From positions 1-56,696 of the forward strand of contig CAZLPP010000002.1 in NCBI GenBank assembly GCA_964561465.1: a DNA stretch of 56,696 nucleotides, in the 5' to 3' direction. Both the position numbers and the translations under genes were made by a program. Of the stretch, positions 39,195 to 48,220 are shown in pieces (the first letter of the stretch is position 1; every line of letters starts with the position of its first letter). Under the pieces are notes generated by a model that was not told the DNA's origin, made no database searches, and saw only the letters and a list, made by a program, of their open reading frames with translations. Source of the stretch: an uncultured Dehalococcoidales bacterium. Lineage in GTDB: Bacteria > Chloroflexota > Dehalococcoidia > GIF9 > AB-539-J10.

Positions 39195-39623
39195 CTACTG
39201 CTTCGCCCCGGTCTGGCGCAAGAACGAGGGCACGTCCAGGTAGTCACTGTTGCGGCGAATCCTGCCGTCGCGCAGCGCGAGGATTGTTGCTCCCCGCACC
39301 GCGAAGCTCCTGCCGGTGGCCGCCAGACCCGGGACGGTGCTGTGAACGAATCTGCCGGTCATCGTCCACTCGGTCGCCGCCCAGTCTCCAACACCGAACG
39401 CAGATGCGGCTTCCATCCTGAAGTCAGCGAGATCGACGAACACGGACTCGACCAGGGCACGTACGCGCTCTTTGCCCTGCTCGAGCCTGCCGAGGGCGAC
39501 ATCTTCATAGACACAATCGTCAGTGAAGAGAGCCGTCAGTGCTTCGACGTCATGTGCATTCCACGCCGCGAGATACTCCCGCACGACTCTGTTCGCATCG
39601 GTGGCCATCTCTTCCTCCAGCAA
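39195..39623 (-). CDS. SnoaL-like / NTF2-fold protein
   Basis: REYLAAWNAHDVEALTALFTDDCVYED pattern and about 140 aa. The start may be Met6. Confidence 0.65.
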   Translation of the reverse strand: MLEEEMATDANRVVREYLAAWNAHDVEALTALFTDDCVYEDVALGRLEQGKERVRALVESVFVDLADFRMEAASAFGVGDWAATEWTMTGRFVHSTVPGLAATGRSFAVRGATILALRDGRIRRNSDYLDVPSFLRQTGAKQ

Positions 39624-39740
39624 CCAGGGCAGTCTCTCCAGCTATTGTAGCGCCTGACCCGTCGATGCTCCGGCGGACAGAATCCTTGCTGAGGGAAGAG
39701 ACAAGAGCGCGTACAAGTCGAGTGGGGAGGAAAACCAACA

Positions 39741-39770
39741 GCAAGGGGCGCTCTCGAGAGCGCTCCTTGC
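39741..39770 (-). repeat. Palindromic hairpin element, copy 2 (terminator-like, after the anchored-protein gene)
   Basis: A 30-nt near-perfect palindrome, gcaaggggcgctctc/gagagcgctccttgc, with one G-U pair. Confidence 0.5.
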
Positions 39771-39922
39771 GAACGTGCATTCAGCCGAAGACAGTCACAA
39801 CTGGACAGGCAGTGGCATGTCTGCCATTTCATGCGTACGAGTTCGTCGAACCAGTCTGGTGCATGGCCAACAGTTCTCGAGGCTATCGCAACCACGAGTG
39901 GGCGTCGGAGTGCAGGTCCCAA

Positions 39923-40636
39923 TCACGACTGAGGTCTACGTCTGGCCAAGAGCAGCCCAGCACCTGCGACAAGCGCAGCAAGCACGATGAATGGCGCGAA
40001 GAGCCTGGCCTTATCTACGGGGTACGCCTCACCACCCACAGCTTTTGGCCTACTCTGCGCCGCTTGCTCTCCGTATACCTCAAACTGCAGATCGAACATG
40101 ATTTCGGTGCTCCAGCTTGAGCCGCTGTTTGCGCTATACTCCGAGTTCCCATCCCCATATGCCGCAGAGTCTCCCTGGCTCCACAACAATCTGTTGTCCG
40201 GGTAGTTGCCAGCTGGTGCACGTACCACAATCGCGTATTTCTGTCCTGCCGCGACGTTGAAGGGCGTGCTGAACGCTATCTCTGTCCAGCTACCTTCAGC
40301 AAGAGGAAACGTTGTGTCGCTTACGGTCTCGGATGCGAGGTCAACACCATCAGGGTGTCCGCCCACATCCGTGCCCTGTATCGATACGGTAACGTCGCCG
40401 GGTTGACCGTCTCTGTCAATGGGCAGGCGTACCGAGGTCACGGAGTGGTCCGACTGAGCAGCGAACGTCTGTGCACGCCACGTGCTGTCAAATACGTTGG
40501 ACCTGCTGAGATAAGTGCCTTCGTTGTATTGTTCAAACAGTTGTGCCGCACAGACGATGCTGACGGGAGCAACAACGAGGAGAAGAAGCAGAATTGTGGC
40601 ACACAGTCTTCGGGCACGCCCCGACATCATCTTCAT
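39923..40636 (-). CDS. Secreted hypothetical protein with a C-terminal hydrophobic anchor and basic tail
   Basis: ATG follows GGGAGGAGGGTGGAGAAG. Signal peptide LLLLLVVAPVSIVCA. C-terminal FAPFIVLAALVAGAGLLLARRRPQS. Confidence 0.6.
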   Translation of the reverse strand: MKMMSGRARRLCATILLLLLVVAPVSIVCAAQLFEQYNEGTYLSRSNVFDSTWRAQTFAAQSDHSVTSVRLPIDRDGQPGDVTVSIQGTDVGGHPDGVDLASETVSDTTFPLAEGSWTEIAFSTPFNVAAGQKYAIVVRAPAGNYPDNRLLWSQGDSAAYGDGNSEYSANSGSSWSTEIMFDLQFEVYGEQAAQSRPKAVGGEAYPVDKARLFAPFIVLAALVAGAGLLLARRRPQS

Positions 40637-40783
40637 CTTCTCCACCCTCCTCCCACAGTCGCCAGAGAACCCCGAGCCGTCGCCTGCCTGCTGGCACCTC
40701 ACCAGAACTACGGTGCTGCGCTTCGCCGTGCTCCCGTGAGGCCTGAGTTGCCGCGCCTTCGCGGTGCGTATGCTCTGTACTTC

Positions 40784-40814
40784 ATAATACTCCGCCGACC
40801 GACTCTCCTGTCAA
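40784..40814 (-). promoter_or_regulatory. Candidate promoter for the anchored-protein gene (TTGACA, 19 nt, TATTAT on the minus strand)
   Basis: Hexamers read from the reverse complement. The spacer is longer than optimal. Confidence 0.3.
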
Positions 40815-40971
40815 CAGGGAAATTGCATCCGGCCTGCGAGACGAAGACGGAGGAGGGCTCGGAATGGCACGCCGCAGGCCACGGCCCGACCTCGACTAAT
40901 GGAAACAGGGGGCCCGGCGGTTGTCCGCCAAGCCTCCCGTTCGCTTGCTCTCTACGTCTCTGCCCGTCCGA

Positions 40972-42105
40972 TTACCATTGGACGAACATTGGCATTATGA
41001 CGTGCACGTAGTTGTCCGTGCCGATGGGGCGGATGACGCCCGGGCTCGACGGGGTCGTCACCTCGAGCGCCACCTGAGACTGCCGGATGACGGCCAGCAC
41101 GTCGACGACGTACTTCACGTTGAAGGCGATCTTCGCCTCGCCACCATCGACCAGCGCATCGATATCGCCGGTGTTGCCACCGACCTCTTCGGCCTGCGCC
41201 GTTATGGTCACCTTGCCGGCCTTCAGGTCAGCGCCCGGCGTGACCAGCAGGCGAACGATGTTGCTGGCATCGCGCGCGAAGACCGAGCACATCTTCGCGA
41301 CACGCGTGAACTCACCCACCTCGACCACGGCGCGGGTGTCGTACTTCTTGGGAATGACCTGGGAGTAATTGGGGAACGTGCCCTGGACGAGCTGCGTGAC
41401 GACCTCGGCGCCCTGCAGACGGAACAGTGCCTGCGTCTTCGCCGCGTTCACGGTGATGACGACCGGCTCCTCCTGGTCGCCCAGCAGCCGGTTGACCTCA
41501 TTGAGGGTGCGGGACGGAATGATGATGGTCGTCTTCCCCTCGACTGCCTTCGCGAGCGGCATGCGGTAGACTGCCAGCCGGAAGCCGTCCGCCGCGGCGA
41601 GCGTGAGCTTCTCATCTTCAAACTCGGCGTTGATGCCGGTGAGGACCGGCCGCGACTCGTCGGTCGCCGCCGCCAGCGCCACGCGGGAGATGCCTTCCCG
41701 CAGCGACTCCGCGGCAATCTCGACCGAGATGCCTCCCTCCACTTCCGGGATCGGTGGGAAGTCGGCGGCGTCGATGCCGTTCACGTGCGCCTGAAACCGG
41801 CCACAGGTGAACTGGACGGTGCGGCCGCTGGCCGGCATCTCGATGTCAATGAGCTCGTTCGGCAGCGAGTTGACGAACTCGGTCAGCACCCTGGCCGGCA
41901 CGGTGATGCTGCCCTCCTCCTCCACTTTCGCGCCGACCCAGCAGGTAGTCGCCATCTCGAGATTCGTCGCCACGAGCTTCAGGCGCGATTCCTCGGCCAC
42001 CATGAGGATGTTCAAGGCCACCGGCAGCGTGGACCTCACGGCCACGGCACGACCCACCATCCCCAGTCCGCGGTTGAGATTCTCCTGCAGACACGACACT
42101 CTCAT
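40972..42105 (-). CDS. dnaN: DNA polymerase III beta sliding clamp
   Basis: MRVSCLQENL......V......TLPVL.NIL, a three-domain length of 377 aa. The ATG follows GAGGAGGTAGG. Confidence 0.9.
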   Translation of the reverse strand: MRVSCLQENLNRGLGMVGRAVAVRSTLPVALNILMVAEESRLKLVATNLEMATTCWVGAKVEEEGSITVPARVLTEFVNSLPNELIDIEMPASGRTVQFTCGRFQAHVNGIDAADFPPIPEVEGGISVEIAAESLREGISRVALAAATDESRPVLTGINAEFEDEKLTLAAADGFRLAVYRMPLAKAVEGKTTIIIPSRTLNEVNRLLGDQEEPVVITVNAAKTQALFRLQGAEVVTQLVQGTFPNYSQVIPKKYDTRAVVEVGEFTRVAKMCSVFARDASNIVRLLVTPGADLKAGKVTITAQAEEVGGNTGDIDALVDGGEAKIAFNVKYVVDVLAVIRQSQVALEVTTPSSPGVIRPIGTDNYVHVIMPMFVQW

Positions 42106-42143
42106 AACGCCTACCTCCTCCCGTTGGGGGGACACATCATATA

Positions 42144-42764
42144 CTATCGGCACCTACCCGCGTCAATGAACCCGCGTATGACGTCTCGCGCCAGCGCCGC
42201 CGCCCTGCCGCGATGGCTGACGCGGTTCTTCTCCTCCGGCGGCAGCTCGGCCATCGTCACACCGCGCTCGGGAAGCAGGAACGCGGGGTCGTAGCCGAAA
42301 CCCCTGGCTCCACGCGGCTCGGTCACGATGCGACCGTAGCACTCCCCGCGGCAGTACGTCACCTCGCCATCCGGCGTGGCCAGCGCGATGACGCACACGA
42401 ACCGGGCGCCGCGCCGCTCGGACGGGACTGCCTCCAGCTTCTTCAGCAGGAAGGCCACCCGCTCGGCATCGGTGGCCCCGTCGCCGGCATACCGGGCCGA
42501 GTGGATGCCTGGCTCTCCACCGAGAGCCTCCACTTCGAGACCGGAATCGTCCGCCAGGGTCACGAAGCCGGAGCGCGCCGCACAGGTGACGGCTTTGATG
42601 CAAGCGTTCTCGGCGTAGCTGGTTCCGGTCTCCGCGACGTCGCCGTCGATGCCTGCATCGCGGAGCGACAACAACTCGCACTCCACCCCCTGCAGCAACT
42701 CCCGGTACTCGGCCACCTTGCCGCGATTCGCGCTGGCGATCAGCAGTCGAGGCCTAGTCGTCAT
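42144..42764 (-). CDS. rdgB: Non-canonical purine NTP pyrophosphatase (RdgB/HAM1)
   Basis: LLIASANRGKVAEY, DDSGLEVEALGG.PG..SARY and FGYDP.F. Confidence 0.85.
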   Translation of the reverse strand: MTTRPRLLIASANRGKVAEYRELLQGVECELLSLRDAGIDGDVAETGTSYAENACIKAVTCAARSGFVTLADDSGLEVEALGGEPGIHSARYAGDGATDAERVAFLLKKLEAVPSERRGARFVCVIALATPDGEVTYCRGECYGRIVTEPRGARGFGYDPAFLLPERGVTMAELPPEEKNRVSHRGRAAALARDVIRGFIDAGRCR

Positions 42765-43857
42765 CTATCGGTACGAACCTCGGAGCAAGCCTCTTGCTCA
42801 CCTCGGGCATGGTCGTGTACTCCATCTGGTCCAGAGGCAGGCGATGCGGCTCGAAGGGGCCGAGGGTCCGCAGGACGTCCGCCACCTGCAGGGCCTTCTC
42901 CCTCACCGGGTCGAACGCCACGTCGCCGAACATGTCGCACGGGCCGATCAGCATCCCGTTCGCAAGCTGGAACCCCGCCGCGATGCAGCGCGGGGGACCG
43001 TCGAATCGCGTGCACTTTGCTGACGCGAAGCCCACCGGCATCATCGGACCGTTGTGCGAGCCGCGCATCCAGCCTTCGACGATGTTCACGTTCGAGAATG
43101 CCTCGAGCACCTCGCCCACTGCGGGGAACGAGCCCTGGCAGCGGACGATGAGCACCGGGTCGTCCTTCCCCACGTACCGTCCGGCGAGCATGCTCAGCTT
43201 CTGGGTTGATGCCGAAGCCGCAATCAGCCCCGAGTCGCGGTGATAGACGTTCTTGACAGCGAAATGGCCCGGCGAGCCGAGGTACACCAGCATGTCGTAG
43301 ACCTCCTCCGGGCTGTTGAACACTATCTTCTTCGCAGCCATGACGTCATGGACCTCGAAGCTGAAACCGCAATGCAGGTTGGGGGCGATGACCAGCCCCG
43401 GGGTGTTGAAGGGGTCCGCGAACATGCGGAACAGCGGCAGGTTCCACGCGCCGGAAGCGGTCTTGTCCGCCATGAAGACGATGACCGTCTCGGCTTCGCG
43501 CTCGGCGACGGTCATCTCCGCCAGGCCGGGACCCATGCCTTTGACATTCCCCGAGAACGCGTCGGCCAGCAGGTCCTGGCCCGCCCCGTGGAGCTTCAGA
43601 CGCTTCGCGACCGCGGTACACTCGCTGAACGTCTCCCAGGCCAGCCCGTGGATGACCTCGGAGTCCTCGCCGTGTCGGTGCGTCATGATGAGTTGCAGGT
43701 CATCGCCGCAGTTCATCACGCGGTAGTCAAGCACGATGCCCGTCTTCTTTGCGGCCGCCATCAGCTCTTCGGCTCGAGCGAGAGTATCCGGATGCGTCAC
43801 CGAATGGCCAACCCAGCCGCCTATGTCAGCTTTGATTGCGCTGAGCGTAACGTCCAT
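42754..43857 (-). CDS. fbp: Bifunctional fructose-1,6-bisphosphate aldolase/phosphatase (class V, archaeal type)
   Basis: N-terminus TLSAIKADIGGWVGHS..HP and MTH.HG, about 367 aa. Confidence 0.9.
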   Translation of the reverse strand: MDVTLSAIKADIGGWVGHSVTHPDTLARAEELMAAAKKTGIVLDYRVMNCGDDLQLIMTHRHGEDSEVIHGLAWETFSECTAVAKRLKLHGAGQDLLADAFSGNVKGMGPGLAEMTVAEREAETVIVFMADKTASGAWNLPLFRMFADPFNTPGLVIAPNLHCGFSFEVHDVMAAKKIVFNSPEEVYDMLVYLGSPGHFAVKNVYHRDSGLIAASASTQKLSMLAGRYVGKDDPVLIVRCQGSFPAVGEVLEAFSNVNIVEGWMRGSHNGPMMPVGFASAKCTRFDGPPRCIAAGFQLANGMLIGPCDMFGDVAFDPVREKALQVADVLRTLGPFEPHRLPLDQMEYTTMPEVSKRLAPRFVPIDDD

Positions 43858-44025
43858 GCCAGCCTCCTTCCTTTGATCGCCGCGTGAGCAGCGCCGGGAG
43901 CGAATGAGACAGTGCGGAGCGTTCAGGGGGCACCGGTCGCAAGTGTAGCAACGGCTCCAATGGTTATCAAGACATCGGGCTTCGGAGGGGCGTCCGGCAG
44001 GCTGCCTCCGGCTGCGGGACGACCC

Positions 44026-45447
44026 TCACGCCAGCGGCACAGTGACCTTCAACTCGGTGCCCTGCGCCTCCGAGGAGTGCAGGTCGACATCTCCACCCCA
44101 CGATCGCACCCGCTCGCGTATCCCGGCGAGCACCGTGCCGCCGGGCGCGGCGGCTTCCCCTTTCCGCGCTTCGCAACCGTCGTCCTCGACCCGCAGCACC
44201 AGGATGCCGCCGCAGCGCTCAAGGTCAACCGTTACCCTGGTGGCGCCGGCGTGGGTCAACACGTTCTCGAGCGCCTCCTGCAGCACGCGGAAGAGCCCGA
44301 GCGCCATACGCGAATGCGGCAGGTCGACATCATCCACACGGCGAACGGCGCTCTGCACACCGGCGCGCCGCGCGAAGCCTTCTACCTGCCACTCGATGGC
44401 CGCGGACAGCCCGAGGTCCTCCAGCATTACCGGAACGAGGTCGGTACAGAGCCGCCGCAGGCGCGCGATGGTGTCGTCGAGCAATTGCGCCATCCCATCC
44501 AGCCTCGGCCCGAGGGTCAGTTGCAGCGCAGCGGACAGATGCCTGCGGCACATGGCGACGTCCATCTTGAGCGCCGAGAGCGTCTGCGCCACCTCGTCGT
44601 GCAACTCCCACGCCACCGCAGCGCGCTCTTCCTCACGCGCGGCATCGAGCCGCTCGGCAAGCTGCCGCAACTCGGCGTTCGCCTCCTTCAGCAGATGCTC
44701 GGCCGTGTTCCGGGAGGTGATATCCCGGTGGACGCCCCGGTAGGCGACAAGGTTCCCATCCGCATCCTTGAGCGCGACGACCGTCCGCTCACAGTCGAAC
44801 ACCGTCCCATCCTTGCGTCTCAGGCGCACTTCATCCCTGACGAACCCGGTCGACTCGATACGTTGAAGCAAGTCCAGCCGGTCCGCCGGATCGGCGTACA
44901 GGCTGACCGCATTGAAAGAGGCGAGGTCCTCTCTTGAGTAGCCGAACAGGTCGAGCCACGCCTGGTTGGCGTCGATGGTCGCGCCATCAGGCGCGACCAC
45001 GTAGATAGCGTCCAGCGACTGCTCAAACAGCAGCCGGAATCGCTGCTCACTGGCGCGCAGCGCCTCCTCAGCGAGCCGGCGCTCCGTGATATCGCTGTAG
45101 ACAGTGGCGAAGTATCCGGGCTGGTCGCTGTAGGCAAACACCTCGTACCACCGGCCTGTGCGTCCGAGGTGCTGCTCGGCGCGGATGGACTCTCCCCCCA
45201 GGGCCACGCGACCGAAGGCGCCCATCCAGTCGGACTCCGGGGACGCCAGGTCGGGCAGAACAGTCGTCGCCCTTTTCCCGATGAGTTGCTCGCGCGAGAG
45301 GCCAAAGAGCGCCTCAAAGGCAGGGTTGGCCTCGAGGAAGACGCAGTCCACGGGCCGTCCGTCACTGCCGAGAACGATGCGATGGTACGCAAAGCCGTCA
45401 GGAAGGTGGTCGACGAGCAGACGATAGCGGTCTTCCGGATGGTACAC
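44026..45447 (-). CDS. PAS-domain sensor histidine kinase (HisKA_3/NarL-partner type)
   Basis: Several PAS-like modules (DAIYVV..DG.I.DAN.AW..LFGYSRE), the H-box ELHDEVAQTLSALK and a C-terminal HATPase region. Confidence 0.85.
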   Translation of the reverse strand: MYHPEDRYRLLVDHLPDGFAYHRIVLGSDGRPVDCVFLEANPAFEALFGLSREQLIGKRATTVLPDLASPESDWMGAFGRVALGGESIRAEQHLGRTGRWYEVFAYSDQPGYFATVYSDITERRLAEEALRASEQRFRLLFEQSLDAIYVVAPDGATIDANQAWLDLFGYSREDLASFNAVSLYADPADRLDLLQRIESTGFVRDEVRLRRKDGTVFDCERTVVALKDADGNLVAYRGVHRDITSRNTAEHLLKEANAELRQLAERLDAAREEERAAVAWELHDEVAQTLSALKMDVAMCRRHLSAALQLTLGPRLDGMAQLLDDTIARLRRLCTDLVPVMLEDLGLSAAIEWQVEGFARRAGVQSAVRRVDDVDLPHSRMALGLFRVLQEALENVLTHAGATRVTVDLERCGGILVLRVEDDGCEARKGEAAAPGGTVLAGIRERVRSWGGDVDLHSSEAQGTELKVTVPLA

Positions 45448-45802
45448 GGGCCACCTCCTCCGTCCTCACCGAGCGCTGCACATCACCGTCCCGCAGCATC
45501 CGCGGCGCTCATTCCACGGCGCCGACGTCCCATCAGGACGCATCCCTCCAGACCGGTTCAGACGAACGCCCCTGCGAAGAGAAGCCGCGGCTGGCGCAGT
45601 CCGGAGAGTCCGCCGGCAGGCCTTGTTCAAGCGCCCGCAGCCTCAGCGGCAGGAACGTCGCGAGCGCGTTTCTATCTGAGCCTCCGTGTGTGGGAGCAGG
45701 GAGGTACCGTGATGTTATCACACCGCCGCGCGGCGCATGTAGGGGCGTCCTGAGAATCCGGCGCCATGTCGCGCCGTGCAGGGGACGTACCGCACAGCCG
45801 CC

Positions 45803-47203
45803 TCAGACCCGCGCCTTCACCTCGCGCGCAGCCACAACCCCGGAGACGGATGCCTGGACGAGGCCCCGGCTGACGCCGGCCCCGTCCCCCACCGCGAACA
45901 TGTTCCGTATACCCGTCTCCAGGCATGGCCCGAGCTCGAGCCGGCCGGAGTAGAACTTGACCTCGACGCCGTACAGCAGGGTATGCTCGGAAGCCGCACC
46001 GGGGGCGAGCACGTCCAGCGCCCCGAGCATCTCCACGATGTCCGTCAGGTAGCGATACGGCAGCACAAAGCTGAGGTCGCCGGGTGTTGCCGCAGCAAGC
46101 GTAGGCCGCACAAGGCTGCGGCCCAAACGCTCCGGAGTAGAGCGACGACCCGCCTGAAGGTCACCCAGCCGCTGCACCAGCACTCCGCCGCTGAGCAGGT
46201 TGGCGAGCCTAGCGAGGTACTTGCCGTAGGCGATGGGCTCGTGGAACGGCTCGGTGAAGGAGGTCGAGACGAGCACAGCGAAGTTGGTATTGGGTGTCGT
46301 CCGCTCTGCGTAGCCGACGCCGTTCACCGTCACGACCGGGTCCGCGCCGCCCGTTGATTCCATGACGACCTCGCCATTCGGGCACATGCAGAACGTCCGG
46401 ACGCGATCGTCGAAGGTCGACGAGTAGTATTCCAGCTTCGCCTCGTACAGGACGCGGCTCAGTTCGGCCATGACCGGCGCGGGCATCTCCACCCGGACGC
46501 CGACGTCGACCGGGTTGGTCTCCACCGCGAGTCCATGCTGCCGGGCGATGCCTGTCAGCCACTCGGCGCCCTCCCGGCCGGGGGCGCAGATGAGAAACCG
46601 GCAGGTCATCACTTCGCCCGAAGACGTGCGCACGCCGCGCACCGAGCCGCCATCGCAGTCGACATCGACCACGTTCGTATGCACGCGGATGTCCACCCTC
46701 TGACTCAGGTGAGCGCGCATCGCGTTCAGGACGCGGCCGCAGTACTCGCAACCGAGGTGGCGCAACCGCACCGGCACGAGCCGCAGTCCTGCAAGGGTCG
46801 CGCGCGTGACAAGTGCGTCGACCTCGGGTCCGACGCCGAAGACCCGGTCCGGCGCTCCGAAGCGGACGTAGACGGAATCGACGTAGTCGATGAGTTCACG
46901 CAGCACCGCCGGTTCCAGCAGCGACCCGAGGCGCCCGCCGACGTCAGCCGAGAGCGTCAGCTTCCCGTCGCTGTAGGCGCCGGCGCCGCCGAAACCGCTC
47001 ACCATCCGGCAGGGCCGGCAGGAGAGACACCTGCCGGGATGGCCGCGCATGGGGCAGGTGCGGTCCTCCAGGTCGCTACCCTTCTCCACGAGCAGGACGC
47101 GAAGCCCGGAGTCCGCCAGTTCGAGCGCGGCGAACATGCCCGCAGTCCCCGCACCGACGATGATAACGTCGTAGCCGCTCGTTCCACGATTGTCTGCCAC
47201 CAT
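45803..47203 (-). CDS. FAD-dependent oxidoreductase (COG2509-like uncharacterised dehydrogenase)
   Basis: YDVIIVGAGTAGMFAALELA, VLLVEKG, a Cys-rich CPM...CLSCRPC segment and C-terminal GDGAG. Confidence 0.7.
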   Translation of the reverse strand: MVADNRGTSGYDVIIVGAGTAGMFAALELADSGLRVLLVEKGSDLEDRTCPMRGHPGRCLSCRPCRMVSGFGGAGAYSDGKLTLSADVGGRLGSLLEPAVLRELIDYVDSVYVRFGAPDRVFGVGPEVDALVTRATLAGLRLVPVRLRHLGCEYCGRVLNAMRAHLSQRVDIRVHTNVVDVDCDGGSVRGVRTSSGEVMTCRFLICAPGREGAEWLTGIARQHGLAVETNPVDVGVRVEMPAPVMAELSRVLYEAKLEYYSSTFDDRVRTFCMCPNGEVVMESTGGADPVVTVNGVGYAERTTPNTNFAVLVSTSFTEPFHEPIAYGKYLARLANLLSGGVLVQRLGDLQAGRRSTPERLGRSLVRPTLAAATPGDLSFVLPYRYLTDIVEMLGALDVLAPGAASEHTLLYGVEVKFYSGRLELGPCLETGIRNMFAVGDGAGVSRGLVQASVSGVVAAREVKARV

Positions 47204-47356
47204 AAAACACCCCGGCAGCGATTGTAGGAGCGGCCTCGGCCTGCGTCAAACGGGCGGCAATCGAACCGTCGCAGCAACCGCCCGGGCACACATAGAGGCG
47301 CGCGCGCCGTGTTAGCATTCCCGCAGATGGCAACGTCGGAACCCGGGCGAAGCACC

Positions 47357-48220
47357 ATGGCTGAGCTGAGAAGCCTGCTGCGGCAGCACGACGTGCGCGC
47401 CGACAAGCGGCTGGGCCAGCACTTCCTGATCGACCGCGGCATTCTGCGCTCCATCGCCGCGGCGGGGAACCTGACGACCGCCGATACGGTCATCGAGGTC
47501 GGCCCCGGCACCGGATTGCTCACCACCGAACTCTGCGCCGCCGCCGGCGAGGTCATCGCCGTCGAGCTCGACCCGCGCATGGTGGAGATGCTGCGAGAAT
47601 CGCTCCACGGTGTCGAGAACCTGAGCATCGTCCAGGGCGACATCCTGGAACTGCCTCCCGCGCAGTTGCTCGAGCAACACAGCCGCCGCCATCCGGCGGC
47701 GTACAAGGTCGTCGCGAACCTGCCCTACTACGTCACCTCGCCTGTGCTGCGGCACTTCCTGCACGCGACGATGCCGCCGCTGCTGATGGTGGTCATGGTG
47801 CAGGACGAGGTCGGCCGCGCCATGGCCGCCAGGCCCGGAGACATGAGCCTCCTGAGCGTGAGCGTGCAAGCGTTCGCCCGTCCGTCCATCGTCCGGCGGG
47901 TTTCGGCGCACAGCTTTCACCCGCGACCGAAGGTGGACTCCCTCGTCCTCAGACTGGATGCCCTCGAGTCTCCCCTCATCGACATTCCTGAGGTAGCGCC
48001 ATTCCTCGACTTCGTCGGCGCAGGCTTCCACTCCCCGCGGAAGCAGTTGCACAACTCGTTCGGCCACGGCCTCACACTGCCGAGGGAGCGGATAGAGAAC
48101 CTGCTCTCGCAAGGCGAGATCGACTCCACGCGCCGGCCTGAGACGCTGGCGATCGAGGAGTGGGCTCGACTCTGGCGCATCTACCGTGCGATGACGGCCG
48201 CGCAGGAGCCGCCGTGCTGA
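47357..48220 (+). CDS. rsmA: 16S rRNA (adenine1518/1519-N6)-dimethyltransferase
   Basis: KRLGQHFL, VIEVGPGTGLLT and NLPYY. The start is uncertain, with upstream GTG 47309 and ATG 47327 also in frame. Confidence 0.85.
   Translation: MAELRSLLRQHDVRADKRLGQHFLIDRGILRSIAAAGNLTTADTVIEVGPGTGLLTTELCAAAGEVIAVELDPRMVEMLRESLHGVENLSIVQGDILELPPAQLLEQHSRRHPAAYKVVANLPYYVTSPVLRHFLHATMPPLLMVVMVQDEVGRAMAARPGDMSLLSVSVQAFARPSIVRRVSAHSFHPRPKVDSLVLRLDALESPLIDIPEVAPFLDFVGAGFHSPRKQLHNSFGHGLTLPRERIENLLSQGEIDSTRRPETLAIEEWARLWRIYRAMTAAQEPPC

Noticed and set aside
40637-42143. Possible replication origin next to dnaN
   Set aside because: There is no dnaA gene. I saw no clustered TTATCCACA/TGTGGATAA boxes or AT-rich unwinding element in the flanking intergenic regions.
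40921-42294. A 457-aa plus-strand ORF
   Set aside because: It is antisense to dnaN and rdgB and has shadow-frame composition.
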